Shown here: piece by piece, positions 60,000 through 64,000 of the stretch
Position numbering within the stretch: position 1 is the first letter of the stretch
Layout of the letters: every line of letters starts with the position of its first letter
Assembly: GCA_027310185.1 (NCBI GenBank)
Contig: DAIDBH010000018.1
Coordinates: 224,001-288,000, forward strand
Source of the DNA: Thermoplasmatales archaeon
GTDB taxonomy: Archaea; Thermoplasmatota; Thermoplasmata; Thermoplasmatales; Thermoplasmataceae
Length of the DNA: 64,000 bases
Direction of reading: 5' to 3'
Notes under the pieces: model-generated
Database searches by the model: none
Seen by the model: only the letters and a program-made list of their open reading frames with translations
What the model was told of the DNA's origin: nothing
Position numbers and translations under genes: made by a program

Positions 60000-62040
60000 C
60001 CATAGCCTTTGCACTTCTTATTACGTTCTCTGCAAGAACTTTAGAAAATCCTCTCAGCATTGCTATACGCTGAATAGTTGAATTTGCAATATCTGATGGT
60101 TTTTTAAACCCGTTCTCATAAAGCCTTCTAGCCCTGACTCTTCCAATTCCCGGTATGGAAATCAAGGACATTATATCATCCCTGACACCCTCTTTCAATC
60201 TCAGGCTCAGCACATCCAGTGGATATGAAAGTTCCCTCCTGAACTCTGTAGCCAGTCTTGAGGCTGCCATTACTATCCATTCAGCAGAGGACTTTCTAGA
60301 TTCTATATCCCCGGACCCCACTGAGTATTTTTCCTCTATCTCATATATGGGAACCTCATTGATCCAGTCAAGCAGCAGCATAGCTGTCTTTCCTGCTGCC
60401 ATATCATCCTCATCCTCCGGGCTCTCAGAAATCTCATCGAAAAAGGCGCTCAGTGCCGCATAGTCATCCCTATTTACAAAAAGTGTATAGATATCCGGCG
60501 TTTTGCATATGTTGTAGAGCATCCTGGCAACTGACATTTCCTCTTCGGTCTCTTCAAACATGTCGACGATGATCTTTGCAGTTTCTGGATCTATATACAG
60601 GTTTGCAGTTATAGTTCCTAGTCTTTCAGCCTTCAATATCTGGCCCTTTGCCTCAATGAAACCGTAATTTTCCAGATAGCCAATAACCTGATCTACATAG
60701 TCCTTTAATGTACCCTTCCCATTCTGAGATGCATAAAGTGTAGAGTCGAAGAATGTGTACAGCGAATCCATGGTGGAACAGAAGTGGTTGCTTATTAGGG
60801 CCAGAGTGTTGAATCTCACGATTTTTTCCTTTCCCATTGCCGAAACTACGGGCTCAACTCCATTTTCAAATAGATCCTTAACCTTATCAATGGCTCCCTG
60901 TGAAGGGCAGTATATGTAGGCCTCACCATGATCATCATATTTTGGCCGGCCAGCCCTTCCAAGCATCTGTTCTATTTCCATGTTTGAAATGTATGATGAA
61001 TAGCCATCGGAAAACCTTGTCAAATCTCTTATTATAACAGCCCTGGCTGGAAGGTTAATACCTGCGGCAAGTGTTGGTGTTGCAGTTATGACCTTGATCC
61101 TTCCGTCCTTGAAGTTTTCTTCCACGAAAGTTCTGATCCTGGTGTTGAGTCCTGCATGATGGAATGCAACACCTCTTTTGGCAATTCTGTTCACGACCTC
61201 TGTATTCCTGTCTCCATCCTCATTAATAACATCGATGGAATCTGGAAACATTCTTTCATCCATCTGTTCACTTATATCCACGGCAAATTTTTCAGCCCTT
61301 TTTCTGGTGTTGAGAAAGAGGAGTACCTGCCCACCATCATAAAGAATCCTCCTTATAAGTTCATAAGTGTCCTTTTTAAGGGAGCCTACCTGCTGAAATT
61401 CATCATCCAGTAGCTTATCCCTGAAAATGACAAATTTATTGAGTGGTACTGGCCTGAAATCACTCCTAACCACAGTTGCATCAAGCCACTCCCCTATCTG
61501 GGATGCATTCTGAAGGGTTGCAGACAGAGCTACTATCTGTATATCTGGATTCACAATCCTTGCAGTTGTGCAGAGGATTTCAAGAGTTGGGCCCCTTGTC
61601 TGGTCCCCAATATTGTGGATTTCATCCAGTACCAGTACCGCAATATCATTGAAATAGTCTGGATTGTGGTGCATCAGAGAATCTGCTTTCTCGGATGTAC
61701 AAACAATTACATCGAACCTGTTTACTATATCCGTCCCAGCATCCAGGTCTCCAACACTGAGAGCTACGGTAAACATCCCCTTTCCAATTGCCCTGAGTTC
61801 TTCAAACTTTTCCCTTGCCAGTGCCTTCAGGGGACAGATATACATGGATTTTAATCCCTTTCTGGCTGCCCTTATTATGGAGTAATAGGCTATAAGGGAC
61901 TTTCCTGAGGCTGTTGGTACTGAAACCAGGACGCTTTTACCCTCTTCTATGGCATCAATGGATCTTTTCTGGTGTTCATAGAGACTTACATCCTTACCTG
62001 AAAAATAGTAGTTTTTAATAATATCCATTGAGGTCTCCAT
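59983..62040 (-). CDS. hel308: Ski2-like DNA helicase Hel308
   Basis: PTASGKSL, DEIH, LSAT, FHHAGL, TLAAGINLPA, QMLGRAGRP.YD, C-terminal HhH GRVRARRLY. Confidence 0.96.
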   Translation of the reverse strand: METSMDIIKNYYFSGKDVSLYEHQKRSIDAIEEGKSVLVSVPTASGKSLIAYYSIIRAARKGLKSMYICPLKALAREKFEELRAIGKGMFTVALSVGDLDAGTDIVNRFDVIVCTSEKADSLMHHNPDYFNDIAVLVLDEIHNIGDQTRGPTLEILCTTARIVNPDIQIVALSATLQNASQIGEWLDATVVRSDFRPVPLNKFVIFRDKLLDDEFQQVGSLKKDTYELIRRILYDGGQVLLFLNTRKRAEKFAVDISEQMDERMFPDSIDVINEDGDRNTEVVNRIAKRGVAFHHAGLNTRIRTFVEENFKDGRIKVITATPTLAAGINLPARAVIIRDLTRFSDGYSSYISNMEIEQMLGRAGRPKYDDHGEAYIYCPSQGAIDKVKDLFENGVEPVVSAMGKEKIVRFNTLALISNHFCSTMDSLYTFFDSTLYASQNGKGTLKDYVDQVIGYLENYGFIEAKGQILKAERLGTITANLYIDPETAKIIVDMFEETEEEMSVARMLYNICKTPDIYTLFVNRDDYAALSAFFDEISESPEDEDDMAAGKTAMLLLDWINEVPIYEIEEKYSVGSGDIESRKSSAEWIVMAASRLATEFRRELSYPLDVLSLRLKEGVRDDIMSLISIPGIGRVRARRLYENGFKKPSDIANSTIQRIAMLRGFSKVLAENVIRSAKAMGDSSE

Positions 62041-62496
62041 TTATCTCGGATTTGAAAAGTGTTAATTAAGATTTATGAATTATCAGTCAGTAAAAAGATA
62101 TTTGATCATGCATGCCATCAGATAGGCAAAGATTCACAGTCATATTGTCAGTTATCAGTATAAAAATCAGGATATCATTGTCACTCTGGGTTCGTTCAAT
62201 CAGAAAATAGAGAAAGGTAACACTAAAATGCGACGAATCTTTATCATTTTCATGAAAAATAAGATAACAAATTTAATGACTTTAACAAGTTTAATTGATT
62301 TCTTCACTCTCTTTCCAGATTACAGGTACAATCTTTCACGCTAATGAAATCTATCGTTCGTATAGGCTTGTTAAAGGTCACTGTAAAATTAAGGCTCCAC
62401 AAAAACAACATTAGTTGTTGGCATTACAATACTGAATTTGTATTCTGTATCATAGTTCATACACATAAGAAAGGGATGATAATATGAAATCATAAA

Positions 62497-63438
62497 TTGG
62501 TGAAACTAATGAAATATCAAATTAGAAAGAACTGGAAAAAAATAGCATCATTAATTGTTGCGATTATAATAATAGCAGTACCAATTATTATTGTAAGAAG
62601 TTCGCATAGGAAAATTTCGAAATACGACTGTTCATCAAAGGTCAATATAAACTACTCCAAGAAACTTGGATTTATGCCATACTTCACATTTAACCACATA
62701 ATCATGAATGCGACATGCACTAATGGGTAAAGACATAATTACTTAAATACCAGTGTAAATGGCATCTTAAGCTCTAATTATGGTAATTCTCAGTTATCCA
62801 CTACTATGTACACAGAAGGAAATTCCTCACCAAAATCAAATATAGGAGTTCAATTATGCGCCCCAAACGAGATCGGTGTTCCTGTCAGTATTTCACCAGT
62901 TGAACTCGAAAGAAAAGTAGCTTTTCTTTAATCTCTTACCAGTAAATGTGAATTCATCTCTTCCACAATTGCATTAAGCAAAGAAAATAACGGTTCTTTT
63001 ACATTATGTCTTAGTTTTTCTGGCTCTACAATTCACAGTAATAACATCAACCATGAAAACTCAATACCCATAAGGTTCTCTTTAGAAATATTCGTGAATA
63101 AAAATCTCTATACAAGATTCACGATAGATACTCATGATGTTACAACATTTGAAGGCTCATTTAATTGTTCTAACGGGGCACAAGGCGTGTCTGCAATTGA
63201 AAACCTTTCTGGTAAGCTGTATCTTTATGATCTAAACACATCTCTCCTATCTAAAGTAATATACATAGTTAACTACATAGGCGACTCATACAACTCAAAT
63301 ATATTTCAGACCAGTATATCCCCTTACAATCAATACAAACTTGTTGAACTGGAAAATGGTGCACTTAAAACACTATATGTATTGCCATGGCAGGAGGCAC
63401 TGCTAGGAAGTGTGATATATGAAAAAGTGCCAATTTGA
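62497..63438 (+). pseudogene. Secreted/surface protein gene broken by two in-frame TAA stops
   Basis: ORF-track ORFs 62497-62730 and 63094-63438 share one frame; stops at 62728-62730 and 62929-62931; N-terminal TM and S/T/N-rich body. Confidence 0.7.
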
Positions 63439-63681
63439 TCGGTGATGCCCAATAGGGACAACCACAAAGAACCTAATAAATGGTCAGGTTATTTATTTCA
63501 TGCCATCCTGTCCAGACATTCGAGTCATTTCATCAGGAACAATTTCTGGAACGCGATCGATCACGTCATCAAATCCACGGAACGAAAGGGAACAAAAATG
63601 ACACTCCCAATTCAACAGGCACACAAAAAATGCATATCTATAAGAAATAAGTTTAGTAATGTTTAAAAATTATAATTTACA

Positions 63682-63990
63682 TCAGTCTTTTACGCTAACA
63701 ATGTCTCCAAAGGCCTCTTTTAGCGTACTTTCATATGAGTTGAAGACTTCATCAGGTAATTTTCCTCTACCTTCATAGCATTTCCTTACTAGATGGAATT
63801 TAAGTTTCTTTAGTTTCAAATCCATTATGAGGTGGGGTAGCGTAAAAGGTGTTCCATTGGATAGTTCCACTCTATGAATGTCACCATAGGGTAAAGATAC
63901 AAATTTAGGAGGTTGTTCCTTGAGAATATTCTCTATATTCTGTTCGATTTCTTTCCCTCTGGAGATATTGTCATCCACAAGTTTTATCAA
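63682..63990 (-). CDS. Hypothetical protein
   Basis: 102-aa ORF; TTG start directly preceded by AAAGGAGGAG. Confidence 0.55.
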   Translation of the reverse strand: MIKLVDDNISRGKEIEQNIENILKEQPPKFVSLPYGDIHRVELSNGTPFTLPHLIMDLKLKKLKFHLVRKCYEGRGKLPDEVFNSYESTLKEAFGDIVSVKD

Positions 63991-64000
63991 CTCCTCCTTT

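Noticed and set aside
139-61885. Numerous antisense and alternate-frame ORFs in the ORF track (e.g. 2403-3020, 23100-23687, 34225-34773, 42789-43400, 54642-55196)
   Set aside because: They overlap well-supported genes, lack motifs and have shadow-ORF composition.
63442-63666. 74-aa plus-strand ORF
   Set aside because: No recognisable motif or coding signal.
1-64000. CRISPR array, rRNA, integrase or provirus
   Set aside because: No regularly spaced repeats, rRNA-like segments, or recognisable integrase/capsid genes were seen by eye.

Overview
This is an archaeal chromosomal window from a Thermoplasmatales-type acidophile. The protein families, GGTGA/GGAGG ribosome-binding sites and low GC fit a Cuniculiplasma-like genome; this assignment is inferred, not database-checked. 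Housekeeping blocks are gap-radA-ACT-sepF, ubiX-Mut7C-pelota, tRNA-Leu(TAG), nth, ffh, tfs, the SBDS-exosome-rpl37ae-rpoP-pus10-rpl21e-rpoF-DUF655-rsmA cluster, serS, and hel308-trm5-uppS-tiaS-adk-pgsA. Accessory material includes: (i) decayed mobile elements (a 331-bp internally deleted ISL3, and an IS110 pseudogene interrupted by the 3' half of a group II intron); (ii) a 16-kb cell-surface cluster with a peptide ABC transporter whose second permease carries a ~460-aa extracellular beta-propeller-like insertion, an S45 acylase, and a 1206-aa surface protein ending in a probable cytoplasmic winged helix; (iii) an intact MazEF-like cassette between direct repeats and a doubly frameshifted VapBC next to the tRNA; (iv) an SSADH plus ThDP-enzyme pair resembling the 2-oxoglutarate decarboxylase TCA bypass; (v) a TauE-DUF1634-GltD-like redox module; (vi) small unannotated Cys-rich proteins. 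Three conserved genes appear to need near-cognate start codons (ATT, ACG, CTG). No CRISPR array or rRNA was seen.
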